64,000 nucleotides of DNA from Oopsacas minuta (taxonomy: Eukaryota > Animalia > Porifera): the NCBI GenBank assembly GCA_024704765.1, contig JAKMXF010000177.1, positions 248,001-312,000 of the forward strand, given 5' to 3'. The notes beneath the pieces were generated by a model. The model did not search any database and was not told the origin of the DNA. It saw nothing but the letters and a program-made list of their open reading frames with translations. Both the position numbers and the translations under genes were made by a program. Positions 1-12,420 of this stretch are shown piece by piece. Within the stretch, counting starts at the first letter, position 1, and each line of letters starts with the position of its first letter.

Positions 1-1021
1 ATTAAATATTATAGATTAAAGAAAAGGCACAATTTTCCAAGGATGAAATTGAGTGATGAAAATTGATCAATAAAAGTGGTTAAAAGGAAATAAGTGAAAT
101 TTATGGTCAAATTGCAATAAGATCAGTTATAAACACAAAGAATAGGGAAATACATGAGTGTTTTAGTAAGCTGTATCCACATAAACAGGAATAGAAAATT
201 TTACAGACTAATCATACAAAATCTAAAATAGATATTTAGGAAAGGTATGCTATGAAATAATACCAGATAAAATTTCGAAACTCAGACCAAATAGGATGGT
301 AAAATGAAAGTGTTGCGTATAGTTTCATAAAAAAAGCCTATTGGGGGGTGAGTGACACATGAAATGTATATAACTTTCTGTATTTGAGACATAAAATGAA
401 GGAAAAATATATTTAAAAGTCCCTCCTAGGTTGATATAGAAAGGTCCTAGTGATCTAGGTTGCAAAAAATCAGTTAGCGACCTAGGTTGCTGGTTAGACA
501 AGCCCAACATAAAATATAATGGCCTAATGTAATTAATTTAGTATAATAAAATAATACAGAAATTATATTTCTAACCAGTGATTCAAAATTAATCGCATTT
601 GAAGTAAACACTAGAGTGTGCCAAAATTTAACAAGAAGGCACAATCTCCCCGAAATTTCACAATGGGGGCTCCACTCCATGCGCTCCTTCTAATTCTACC
701 CCCATGGGTGCAGTCCAAATTTTGGTGGACGCAGCCAACAATTCGTTGTATACATGCAAATAGCGAGAATTCAACCAAATATCCTGGAGATCAAACATTT
801 CGAAGCCGAGTTTTAAGGTCATAAATGAGAAAGCTTTGGAGATAAACCCCCGGTATTCATATGTGGCAACACTGCTTCCCTCCTGCTCTGGGATTCTAGT
901 TATAACTCAGATAGGGATATGTAGGAGTGTATACGGAAATAAAATAACATATTGCAAGTGCAAAAAATCGAGGTCGAACTGCCTAAACTAGGAAAAGCTG
1001 AGCTTGCAATAAATATATTAC

Positions 1022-1423
1022 CTGCATATCCACAAGAGCACCATACTGAAGTAATAATTTTAAGCAATTAATGTTACCACCTATTGAAGCGAAATGTAAA
1101 GCTGACATGCCATTCTTATCTGAGAAACCATTAACGCCACTGATCCTACGCTCGAGTATAGCTCTAGTTGATTCATGATGGCCAAGTTGACACGATAACA
1201 TCAAACAAGTTCTTCCATTGTTATCTTCTAAGTCATCAGTAAAGTCAAAGGTAAAATAACAATCAATGCAGTCAATAAAGTTCCTTTCAATAGCGTAGTG
1301 CAATGGTAAATAACCATTATCATCTATAACTTTCCAATCAGCACCTCTAGAAATGAGAATTCCGGCAATAACAGAAGAACCGAGAGCGAAAGCCCAATGT
1401 AAAGGAGTACGATGTTGAAGGTC
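1022..1423 (-). CDS. INVS: Internal exon of an inversin-like ankyrin-repeat gene (downstream exon, 134 codons, phase 0-0)
   Basis: Translation DLQHRTPLHWAFALG...GYLPLHYAIERNF...GRTCLMLSCQLGH...GMSALHFASIGGNINCLKLLLQYGALVDMQ gives four ankyrin repeats in the order of human INVS (DNLFRTPLHWAALLG...GATPLHYAAQSNF...GRTSFMWAAGKG...GGTALHAAALSGHV...LLLENNAQVD, recalled). Acceptor cttacag|GAC (AG at 1425-1424) and donor CAG|gtaata (GT at 1021-1020); 402 nt, a multiple of 3. Confidence 0.88.
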
Positions 1424-1499
1424 CTGTAAGCGTATATAGCGTAACATTTACTATAAAATCAATAAATATAACAGAATTATAATATAGTATATTAACAAA

Positions 1500-1800
1500 T
1501 TGAATCGACAAAGAAAGTATGAACCTTGACATATCAGATAACAAGCATCTTTTGAATGGAAAAGCTATAAACACATGCCAAATGCATGTAAAACAACAAT
1601 AGCAAATTGGGAAAGTTGATGTCAACCATTTTTAAAAGGTGACTTTCAGCTGACACAATCGCTAAGCGACAAAATCTTCTAATCACTTCGAATAAACTAT
1701 TAACAACTACATTCATGCTCAGCATCAATTCCCAGCAAGGCAATATTGTTACATAAATGTCGCAAAAAAGGTGAGAAACTAGATTTTGAAAAATAAAAAT
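1500..1800 (-). pseudogene. Possible highly decayed hAT transposase C-terminal (dimerisation-domain) remnant
   Basis: Frame-hopping fragments NFPNLLLL...ACVYSFS and LLSDMSRFILSLSIQ resemble the hAT pattern FPNL...ERSFS...LRS.M...RL..LSI. Weak, by-eye match. Confidence 0.3.
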
Positions 1801-3077
1801 GTGCAAATCTTTCCAAAAATGAGCACACTTCTCCTAAAATTAGTAACTCCAAAAAAGAAAGATCATTTCTAACTATTGTTCAAGTCGAATAAATTACTTA
1901 CAAACCAAAGTTAATCGGAATCAATATTGGTATAAATCTGGTGTTAATAAAGAAAAGCAATAGGTTGAGTAAAGCTGGACCAAGGGATGAATAACAAGAA
2001 TAATTTTGCAATTAAATGATTACTAATCAAAATGATTTATGTTTGATATATATTGAATAAATATGGTGATAAAAATAGCATGAACCTTTTCTTAGCATAA
2101 TTTGTAACGTAAATGGATCATCCGAGTTGCAACAAAACGGTATTCATTAAATTTACAAGATGAAATTGGCCCCCTACGCCCTCCAAAGCACAACTGGTAG
2201 CAAATTACCACTTTCTGAACGTACGCGAGAGTGTGAATTTAATGTCTACATCTTCCGGCCGTCATAAATTCGAGCAGAAAAGTGTCAAAACTCAATGTTT
2301 GTGCATCTGCCATTCTTAATTTTAGTTAATGACTAACATCTAGTTATTGAGTACACAAGGTTAAAATAATGACACTAAATAAACACCACTCAGCGGCTTA
2401 ATTTAATAGATATCTTTCTATCACAATATATACAAACTTTATGTATATAAAATTTCAAATATTGACTCGAGATCTTATGTCTAATTAAAATATAAATCCA
2501 TAAAACTACTGCTAGAGCCGTTGAGGCGAGACCCTTCCATTTAATATTATCAAGGTTAATGGCCAATGAGAACTTTCATATACTATATATGCATACACGT
2601 GAAGGACTATATGGCATTGATATGATTACTGAGTTAGTAAGAAATTTCAACGGGTACATAAAAATAGAAGTATATTGTCAATTGTTGAATAAATCCCGGC
2701 ATTGTGTAAATAGGATTGTGCAATGTACTGTGTAAAGTGAACGGCAATAGTGATAGCAAAGTATCCATTAATTCAATTACACAAAAAATATCACACAGTC
2801 CATATATATATATAAATATGTACGTACCTAATTATCCCAACTACTTCATCATACTTAGTAATCGCGGGAGTCGAAGGATGAAATATCAATTCACAGGAAT
2901 TTCTCCTATGTTCTAAAACTCGAAATCTTGTAACAAAGCGAATGCTTACTTGAAATATATTCGCAATGTCATACACAAAAAAAGTGGCCGGGTATTGATA
3001 ACTGCCTCAATGAGAATCACGGAATAGAGAGATACTAATAATCAGTGTACGGCGCAGACCTCACTTTCATGAACTAC

Positions 3078-3229
3078 CAAAGGTTTGGGACAGGTATATC
3101 GGTTATGAATAATATCGTACATTCCGAATATTTAATGAAAATATGATTCCGGGATTTCCAAAATAATACAGAAAAATATCGGGAAAATAGAAAGTCCAAA
3201 TTTTGATTTCCGATATTTGCCAAATCTTG
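3078..3229. mobile_element. Short MITE (family with CAAGGTTTGGCA-like ends and CGATAT/ATATCG-rich interior)
   Basis: Begins caaaggtttggga and ends tgccaaatcttg. Same end type as the copy at 13956-14285. Confidence 0.5.
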
Positions 3230-4027
3230 AACTACCGATCCCATTTATGGTAATGCATGAACATCAATTATTAACTGAAATTCGATATCATTGTGCAATG
3301 ATTATATAATTTATCATAGATATAATGTTGTTATTGTTTAGCAATGGGAGTGATCATAGCTGCATAGTGTATTGGTATTTAATTATAGAGCATTATCGTA
3401 TGTTAAGCAGTTATCTTGTTTATAAGATCAAAACAGAAGATGCACTGGTAGATGATATTTTTAAGAATGGCACTCTAAATATACTTTAGATAAGTCTATC
3501 AAAACACTTTGGAATAACTTTATGTTCATATATCAAACCATCATTCTCTGCCTCCCACGTAAGAAAATAAATAAAAGAAAGGCTTGACAGTGGTTTATGG
3601 GAGGAAATAGCCCAAAAACTCATATGCTCGAATTGTATTACATTAAATGATAATGAAATTTAGAAAATGTCGAGAGTAAATTTTGAAAATATTGATTTGA
3701 TACATATTACGAACAATATATCATAACAAAATGTGAAGCCAGATAAGCAAAAATTCTAGGTTTATCCGAAACTAAAAATAGCATCAATTCGTATTTCTTA
3801 GAAATCTATATTATAAAATCTCAATTGTTGATCTGTTTGTTCGGTTGTTTGTCCGTCATCAAGGAAAGAATTTAAGGATTGCAATTTAAAAATTGTCTCA
3901 TAACTATGCTTTTATCGTGTTTATCAAGGAAGTAAATAGAATTCAATAAAACTTTACAAATATATCGAACATGCTGAATCAGATTTTCACACTTGGATTA
4001 ATCCTATGTAAATTTATTGCTGTTATA

Positions 4028-5569
4028 CACTGCGTGAACAAAGTATTCGTACCTTTTGATACTATGTTATGATATCATACATATAATTTATATGATTTCA
4101 AAATTACTGTGAATATACATTTTAAGATGCCACCCAAGAAGGTATATCCGTCAGTTGGCTTTAATATCAATAGGCGAATAAATCTGAATGTACTAGTAGA
4201 GCAGTCTCTAATATTTATAACTGTTTTAATGTTCTTATGCTATGCTGAAAATAGCAACATTCAGAGGTTTGACAATCTATAATTGTACCCAAACCTTTAG
4301 ATATACCCCCTATGATTCTTTCTGTTATTTACTATCGTATTTTATTCGGTCACTCTGGTTATGACGAAAAAGAAAGAAATTTCCCAAGATGTTAGACAGC
4401 AGATTATTGGATTGAAAAAAGGTGGACATTCTTACAATAGTATTTCTACAATATTATCTGTCCCTAAGTCGACAGTTCAGTCCATCATTATTCGGTGGAA
4501 AACATCTGGGATCACTAACAATAAACCTCGTTCCGGGAGACCAAGTTTATTATCACCACGAGCCCTCAGGAAACTTAAAGCGACTGTAAGAACGAACAGG
4601 TGGAAAACTTTATCCCATATCACTACCGAATTCAACCGATCTACTGTTACCAACCTCGTTTGCTCGAAAACTATTCCACGACGTCTGATGGATCTCGGAT
4701 TTACGCCGCATATTCCGAAGAAAAAGCCCTAATATCAGAAAAAATAGAGTAAACAGATTAAAATATAAGTTACATGGTAGTTGGAGTATTGAGCAATGGA
4801 ACAAGGTTATCTGGTCCGATGAAAGTAGATTTAGACTATTTTATTCGGATGCGAGACAAAAAGTGTGGCGACAACAAACGAACGCTATCTTCCAGAATGT
4901 CCCCGAAAAAGTATACAAGGAGATGGTGGTTCAATAATGGTTTGGGGCTGTGTAATCGGAAACGTTCTTGGACACTGTTATGTAATTACTGAAAGAATGA
5001 ATTCTTCATCTTATACTCAGAATATTTTGTCGAAATTTTACTCGGCTTTTTATCTTCAAATTTTAGAAAATTGCACCTCACCGATTGTTCAACAAGACAA
5101 TACCCTGCGCATCGAGTCACACAAACTCACAAATGGTTTCAACAGAAAGATGTACCAATAATGATCTGGCCTGCTAAAAGCCCCGACTTAAATCCCATAG
5201 AAAGTCTATGGGACACATTACAAAGGCAAATCAATTCAAGACTAAAGAAGCCAACAATCCTACAAGAATTGAAGGAAATTCTTTTAGAAGAATGGTACAA
5301 AATACCCACAACCAAATTAGAAAATTTAGTGGAAAGTATGCCACGAAGGATGCTTGCTTTAAAAGAATCGAAGGGCATGCAAACAAGGTACAAAAGTTGG
5401 AACTATGCCTCTCTTCTAATTATGATAGTATTAGGATATATACATGAACTCATCTTCTAAATTTAGCCATAGTTGAGTGTGTAGTCTTAGTTTTCTGTAC
5501 GTATGATATATATAATACGTAGTTAATATCTGTAATTTGAGGGGTACGAATACTTTTGTTCACGCAGTG
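4028..5569 (+). mobile_element. Tc1-family transposon (1542 bp)
   Basis: TIRs CACTGCGTGAACAAA(A)GTATTCGTACC (26/27 bp, one indel), flanked by TA at 4026-4027 and 5570-5571. Confidence 0.95.
4361..5460 (+). pseudogene. Tc1 DD34E transposase, frameshifted
   Basis: HTH region (RSGRPSLLS), WSDESRF in an alternative frame, GGSIMVWGC, QQDN and WPAKSPDLNPIE spread over four overlapping ORFs. Confidence 0.92.
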
Positions 5570-6779
5570 TATGAATATAAAGTAAAAAGTTACACAGGCA
5601 ATAGTGTATATTCATCAGAAATATTTTCTAATGTTTTGTATCAAGTTTGATATGCAGATTCCGAATATGTAATCTAATATACTACAGCACGTTACAATTT
5701 TATTATATTCAACAAGTAGTTGAAATCTCAAAATTTACTTAGAGACTTGCTCTCAACAGATATTTAGGGATAATCAAGTATGCTGAATCCGAATTTGATA
5801 TTCACAACTACGTATTGTGAATATTTGTTGAATTAAGGTGTATAGAGTAAACTATTTTCTTATTATTCCTAGAAACTTGCTTTCAACCATTATACTGGGG
5901 TAATCGGGCACATATGAATTAATCACCAACGTATTGTGAATATGTTTTTACTTTTATACTTTGCTCTAGAAAGGCATGAAGTATCGATCCCCATGCGAGC
6001 ACTTTGTGTTCGCAAGCCGCGTAGCGTGAGCAAGCGAAACGCGCTAGTGTTTGATTATATTGTAGTGTGATAACTTAGATGCTTTATTAGAAATTGAATA
6101 TCTGGAATGCATCAACATCTTATTGCTCATAATGATGGCATATTCTGAATTTTAAGTAGATAAAAATTTTAATTTAATAATCCCAAAAAGGTATTTTTAG
6201 AACTTATTAAAGGCAGGTAATCTGATTACCACATTTTACTGATCTGAAATAATATAAAATCAATTTCAATTGATTCTAAAGATGCATCCAAATTTCAGCC
6301 TCCGAAAAGTTGCGCAAGTATATTTTATGCTGTACATTCCAATGCTCACTTTTCGTTGCTAGGAATCATTAAATAGCAACTGAATTGTTTAAGTGAATTG
6401 AAGCACATTAGTATCTTACTTTAGGACAAAGCAACACGAAATTATATAAGGAAGCTACATTATGGAGCATTTTTATTATCATTAAATGTTAATATAGAAA
6501 GTCATGCAACTCCATAGCAACGGACTTATACATAATTACTAATAAAATGATTAGTGTAATTCAGGAACTTCTCTTCCTAAACCAAACACGATTGAGCACA
6601 TATCCTGACCAGACATTCGAAGCATGCGACCAATGAAGTGCTTGATGTTATTGGCTTAGGTGAGGACAACAATGCTACTATATATATATATATATTCCCT
6701 TTTGAAAAATATTCAAAGAAAAAGAAATCAAAAAGACTATATAATCTATGATATTGGATGAATGGTGGAATGAACAATT

Positions 6780-8260
6780 CCCTGGCAACCTTCAAACAAG
6801 AAGTGTCGTCCTACTGAAATTTCTGAGGATTTCTCCGAATTCAGTGTTACTATACGTAAGGATCGTCTATCTCTTACACTCAAGCAACAATGCGCAAGGT
6901 TAGAACTAGTATTAGACGAAATCAGATTAGTGGCCGAACCGAGCACACATATGCAAACAAATTGAACTGTATACTTCATGTATTCAATTGGTTAAGCAAA
7001 GATGAACAAATCATAAAATCACTTAGCCCTCTATCTGTTCACGATTTTCCACTTACTCTCAAATTAGTTAATGGATTAGATAGGACTGGAAGTCATATAA
7101 TTTATAACCAAAAGAGCACGAACACAGATGCCAAATGCTATATCCTGTTAGCTTTAAACCAATAGATATCATTGCGAAATCAGTTAAGGTGATCTGGAAA
7201 AATAATGCCCCCAATATCCCATTGTCTCAAAGGCATGTTTTTGCGCAGCTAAAGAGTGTAAAGAAACATTCGGGAAATCATGAAAGAGTTCATGAATCCT
7301 GACATAGAAGTATGATGGAACAAGATATAAATCTGTAATGGTCATATCAATGTTGACATAATTCGGCCAATGTTGATGGGAAAATGGCAGCTATATTTCA
7401 GATACAGGAGGTGCTAGCTGGCAAATGTGCACTGCAACTCATTCAGACCTCACTGACCGTGAATTGGTTATTTAAGGCTTTCCTATCAACAGGAAAATTA
7501 CAGAGGAAATAGAAATGTTTAGAGAGATTGAAGATACCGAAGAGTTTTCAAACTTCCATTTGCCCAAAAGTACAATTTGACTCATCAACCAATTTCAACA
7601 ATGGATATCAGCCCAGCTTCACCACTTCACACATACATTTACGTTTATCGTTGGTTCAATTTATATATTGATCTCTTGAATCCTGGGAATTTACATGATC
7701 TCCGACTACCCTACATATTAAGCAATCTATGAAATACATCCGAAACATTATCCAAGAACGCACTGGGCTAAAAGTAGATCAACCAGATTCAGAAGAGGTA
7801 CATCATCTATTGGAAACGTGGCGAGAACAGCATTTTCAGACGAATTAAAATACATCGAGTATCCTAAGTTTAGTTGATGCTCAACACAGAATAGTACTCT
7901 CTAAGATACATGCTTAATTAGAAACTCAAATAAGAAAATCAAAACAGAATTTCTTGCAAATATGTGTAAAGAATCCTACTCCCTTCTACTTCACAAATTT
8001 CAGCGGGCTAGTATTACCCAAACCCTTCACAAAATACTAGCCCATGCTGAAGAGTTATGGTCAAAATGGAATTTTGGCATTGGATAAAAAATCTTCTCAG
8101 AAGAAGGTCAAGAATCGTGCAATAAACTAGTTCAAAATACAGAGAGCATTTACCTTGAAATTTGGTTTCAATCAAACATCATAGGTATTTTCATGAGGTT
8201 AGCATCAGAAAGCGACCCAGGATTGCTAAACTTTCGCTTTAGTAAACAAATTTGAAAATT
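6780..8260 (+). pseudogene. Older Transib/RAG1-core-like transposase remnant, no TIRs found
   Basis: Frame-hopping motifs collinear with the 9377-11507 protein: RKDRLSLTLKQQCARL, NGLDRTGSH, DGKM, GGASWQMCTAT, ASPLHTY, GTSSIGN, SITQTLHKILAH, SEEGQESCNK, RLASESDP. Many stops and frameshifts plus an internal deletion after about 6945. Confidence 0.85.
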
Positions 8261-8712
8261 GGTTAGAATTATACTTCCAACTACTATACTGAGGTAATCG
8301 AGAATGCTGAGTCCGAATATGATACTGTATCCAATGTTGCGAATATTTGTTTACTTTTAGGTACATAACGTAAGAAAATCAAAATTTAGGTAGAATCATA
8401 CTTTCAAGGACTATAGTGGGGCAATCGAGTATGCTGAGTCCGAAAATTGCAAACAAGATCTATAATATAAAATCTCAATTGTTGTTTGTTTGTTTGTTTA
8501 TCCGTTGATATTTAAATACATTATTGTTTATACGAATAGGCTTGCTCTAAATGGCTACACAGGGCAACACAGTACGCCGAATCCGAATTTCGCATTTTAA
8601 GTTTCTAATATGTAAATTTAGTGTTGTTTTTATGAAGATAAAGGAAAAAATTAGCAAAATCTCAAATTTACGTAGATATTTGGAGAATAATGGATACCTC
8701 GAGGCGCCATGC

Positions 8713-11700
8713 CACAGTGTGGCAATATGGGGAAATAGGCATATTAAAAAAAAACATATTTCAATGCATTTTTCGAATTCTCCATAGTTCAATTAGTACG
8801 AAAATATCATTGGCAGCATTAGAAGCAGTTAGGAATCCTAACTACGCACAACTTTGTTATGTGTTTCTAATAATAGAAATATATATTTTCAAACCGCAAA
8901 TTCCTATGCCCTAATGTATGTAATCATATTTGATGTAAATACTAAATGTAAGAGTGAAAAACATCTTCTGATAATAAATCTATATTGTAACAACAATTTA
9001 ATCATTGCTAGGTTAGTCTAGATATTCATTTGTATTGTTCTCCGGATGTCTAGTTTGGCTCTCCCGAAGTCATAATTTGGAATTTTTTCTCATTGATTGA
9101 AGAGTAGCATCCCTTGTTTGGCAAAACGTTATAAATATATACATAATGTTACTATATTTAGTCAACTATTTAATCACTTTCCAGGCTTGCCAAAAGCTGC
9201 CCAAAAATTTATCACGTCATTCATTGTCCGGACCGGACAAAAATCCGAAAAATATATTTTTCATACGTTTTAAATTTTTTCAGTAAAATTCTATATTTTG
9301 CTGGTTATTAGTTATTCCAATACCCTACAATCATATATCATAATGTTTCTCTGTTAAAGTAGCCCTTTTGCGGATCATGTCTGTACTAATCACCAACAAT
9401 GAGGCATATAATTTGTATATTTCGAATGGAAGAAGTGTTACAGTCTCTATTAGGAAACTTATTGAGAACAACCATTTATCCGATGAAGAAACTGCTACTC
9501 TCCATTTAAAATTTAAATCACTTCTAACATCCAGAGAGGCTTACCGCAGGAAGGATCTTGAAACATGGGATAATATGATTTTCCACCCTACTCATCTAAC
9601 AATATCCAATCCAAGAAAGAGAATATCGCTTGATCCTGAATTTTCTTTAGTCACTGATTAAGAAAATCGAAACTTTTCAGAACAGATTGTAACTGAATCC
9701 CGGAACGATACTCTCGAATGTCACATGAAGACTTCCAGATCGAGACTTGGTGTTCTTTTGGAGCATATGGACTTTTTAGCAGAGAGAGAAAAGATTGAGC
9801 CTAAACAATTACTCGCTCTAGCTTTAGAATTAGTCTCAAATAAATCCTATGACCGTGATACTTCAGACATGTGCAGAGAAATAATTGATAAGGGATCTTT
9901 TAGCGGTGTATTGAACAAAGTACAAATCTCCAAATGTGCTTATATATTGGACAGCTTAGAAATTGGGGCGAGTAAATACACGAATCTGAAAAGAATTCTC
10001 AAAGGTGATGTTAAGCTTCCTTCCTATAAGCTTGTCTCGCAATATCGTAGGGAAATAAGCCTAATAAATGAAATGGAAATAGTTAGAGAACCCGAAGCAT
10101 TGTCAATTGGGACTTGCGTCTCTCATCATTCCATCCTTAGTCTGACCATTCAACGCTTGCTTTCAACATTAGACCCACTTCCTGATTCACACTGCACACT
10201 AAAAATTAAGATATCTGGTGAATTGGATGGCTCCGGTGTCATCAACCCTATAACCAACAAGGCAACAATTCTGTATTGAACACAAAGACTTTCATTTTGT
10301 TCGGATTCAAAGTAATATCAATAACAGACACACTTGGAAATGACATGTTCTATAACAGCTCACCCAACTCTCCGTTCTGCTTTAGGCCAGTAGCACTGAT
10401 AGCTTTGAAAGAAGAATATTCTAGTGTAAAGCTTATCATGAATACAATAGTCAATCCTCAAACAGACCATATCATACAGGATGGGTTATCTCTTATTGGA
10501 GGCCATGCACAGGTCGAGATAGTCCGTTCCATTTTTGATACCAAGATGGCAGGATTGGTGGATGGAGCTGGTGGGGCTTCTTGTCATCTGTGTACTGCAA
10601 CGGATAGCCAAATTAAAAGTTTAGAATGGCCCATTCTGGTTTCCCTATTAACAAATTAATTAACGACGCTCGGCAACTTTTTGAAGAAGTTGATGAAGAA
10701 GATTACTTGAAACTCCCATCAAATCAACGTGTTGGTATTACGCATCAACCAACTTCTAAAATCGATATTATAGCTGCGTCTCCTTTGCATGCTTACCTTT
10801 GTGTATTCAGGTGGTTCATGCTGTTGATATACCATCTTGATGCAGGACACAAGGTATGGGCGCCATCAAACTCGAAAGTAAATTCTTCCATGAAACGGGT
10901 TCGAGCTATACTCCAGGAAAGATGTAATTTCAGTGTCGATATCCCTTCAAGCCAGGGCGGCACTTCAACCACTGGTAACATTGCGCAAGACTGCTTTTTA
11001 AATAAGAGAGACTTTTTGACGTGGGCCACTTCTTCCATTAATCCTTCAGATAAAATATCATTAGAGAAGATCCAGACAAATCTATCTGTTTTGTTAAGAC
11101 TCCTCAACAGTGGTGACATGATTAACTGTGACAAAATGCAAGAATTGTGCAAAGAAACGTACGAATTTATTCTAATTGAGTACCCATGGGCAAGCATCAC
11201 TCCATCTTTGCACAAGTTACTTGCCCATTCGTTTCAGTTAATAGGTGCTTATAATAATGATAAGGGATTACAGAATCTCTCTGAGGAATGTTTAGAATCC
11301 TGCAATAAATTTGTAAGGCGGTATCGGGAGAATCTTGCAAGAAAAACTTCTTTCACTGATAATGTTAGAGATATTTTAGTCAGGTTGTTATGTTGTAGTG
11401 ACCCCATCTTAGTACAGAATCGTTTGATGCACGCAAAGAAGAAAAGAGACGTTGCAAATAGCCTCCAAGAGATATTATATAATAGTATACTATCAGATGA
11501 TTTATGATAATAAGTATATCCAATAGTCATACATAATTAAGGGTCTTTAAATTGTACGTTATCAAATAGCAGAATAGAGACCATGACATGCATGTATTAT
11601 CAACTTTCATAATATCCTCACTAATGAACTACAGGTGTTAAAAATTAGAAAATGTCAGTAATTACGTCATAACTAGGTTTATAGTCGTGCTACTAAAAAA

Positions 11701-11813
11701 TCATTGGTATTTTTGAAATCTACAGTGTCGATTTAGTATATGTAAGTATAATTGTGGTGATAATACAGATTCATTTACCTATTTCCCCAATATGGCCATT
11801 TTGCCACACTGTA
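8713..11813 (+). mobile_element. Complete Transib-superfamily transposon (3101 bp) with RSS-heptamer termini
   Basis: Perfect 5-bp TSD CATGC (8708-8712 and 11814-11818). Left end CACAGTGTGGCAATATGG; right end (reverse complement) TACAGTGTGGCAAAATGG (16/18 identical). Single RAG1-core-like reading frame inside. Confidence 0.93.
9377..11507 (+). pseudogene. Transib/RAG1-core-like transposase (1 nonsense codon, 2 single-base frameshifts)
   Basis: LDGSG (D codon 10226-10228), FDTK (10537-10539) and SEECLESCNK (E codon 11295-11297) correspond to RAG1 D600/D708/E962. Zinc ligands CHLC and HKLLAH; also PLHAY and GGTSTTGN. In-frame TAA at 9659-9661; frameshifts near 10237 and 10628. Confidence 0.92.
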
Positions 11814-12049
11814 CATGCGACGAGCCAAAGGCTCGTACATTATATAAGTCTATCTGCAACAGAAATTTATAGGCCTACCATCTGATATTTTAACGGATTA
11901 GTCAAGGAAAACGTAGATATTAGCCAAACAAAAAAATGCCCTTCCTATTCTCTAGAACCTGTTATAAGGAAGCGAGGACTAAAGTAGCTAGGATAGTGGT
12001 TGAATTAAGACGAGAATGGGAGAAGGGGTTGACACAGGGACTAACTTCT

Positions 12050-12420
12050 CCTAAATTGATTAAAGTATTATTCGTTATGCCAAACATCAAAGAACAGATA
12101 TTGATGACAACGTAATTTCCATGACTAAAGCAAAAAGAGAATTGGCTTCTGAAGTTGAGTCAGCCAATATAATTTCTGATCATTTCTAGAAAGTCTATAA
12201 TAATCCTATAGAGAGAAGAGTAGTGAAGATTGGATTTTTGTAGTGAGGAAATAACTTTCTAGTTGAAATCGTAGAATCTGAAGAAATGGCATTGCAACAA
12301 CTGGAATTATTGAATGAAAATAAGTCACCAGAGACTGATGGCATTTACTAAAACTTATTTTCGTAGACAAATCAGCAATATTCTCGCGAAAAGTATGATT
12401 ATGCTTACTCAAAGATTGGA
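12050..12420 (+). pseudogene. Possible decayed CR1/L2-type ORF2 fragment
   Basis: Fragments ANIISDHF and LQQLELLNENKSP resemble the linker preceding LINE reverse transcriptase (ANILNDHF...L..L..NKSPGPD). Confidence 0.35.

Larger units (their letters stand above)
3805..6047 (+). mobile_element. Non-autonomous Helitron-like element, copy 1 (contains a nested Tc1)
   Basis: A|TCTATATTATAAAATCTCAATTGTTG 5' end; GC-rich imperfect hairpin followed by CTAG|T at 6044-6048; no TSD. The 5' 200 bp and internal motifs (taatc.agtatgctga.tccgaa) are shared with copies at 8459 and 36839. Confidence 0.65.
8459..11835 (+). mobile_element. Helitron-like element, copy 2 (about 270 bp of its own sequence, interrupted by the Transib element)
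   Basis: A|TCTATAATATAAAATCTCAATTGTTG 5' end. Removing 8713-11813 and one TSD copy gives ggatacctcgaggcgccatgcgacgagccaaaggctcgt, which matches the 3' end of copy 3 (reverse complement of 34908-34975). Confidence 0.6.

Noticed and set aside
325-824. Short ORFs from the track (325-510, 474-680, 618-824) as genes or the next INVS exon
   Set aside because: No ankyrin or other recognisable motif; they overlap MITE-like repeats. The same applies to most 60-100 aa ORFs in the track, many of which are antisense or off-frame shadows of transposase genes.
11508-11813. RAG2-like gene convergent with the Transib ORF (ProtoRAG layout)
   Set aside because: Only about 300 bp are available, and no kelch or PHD-like ORF is seen on either strand in or near the element.
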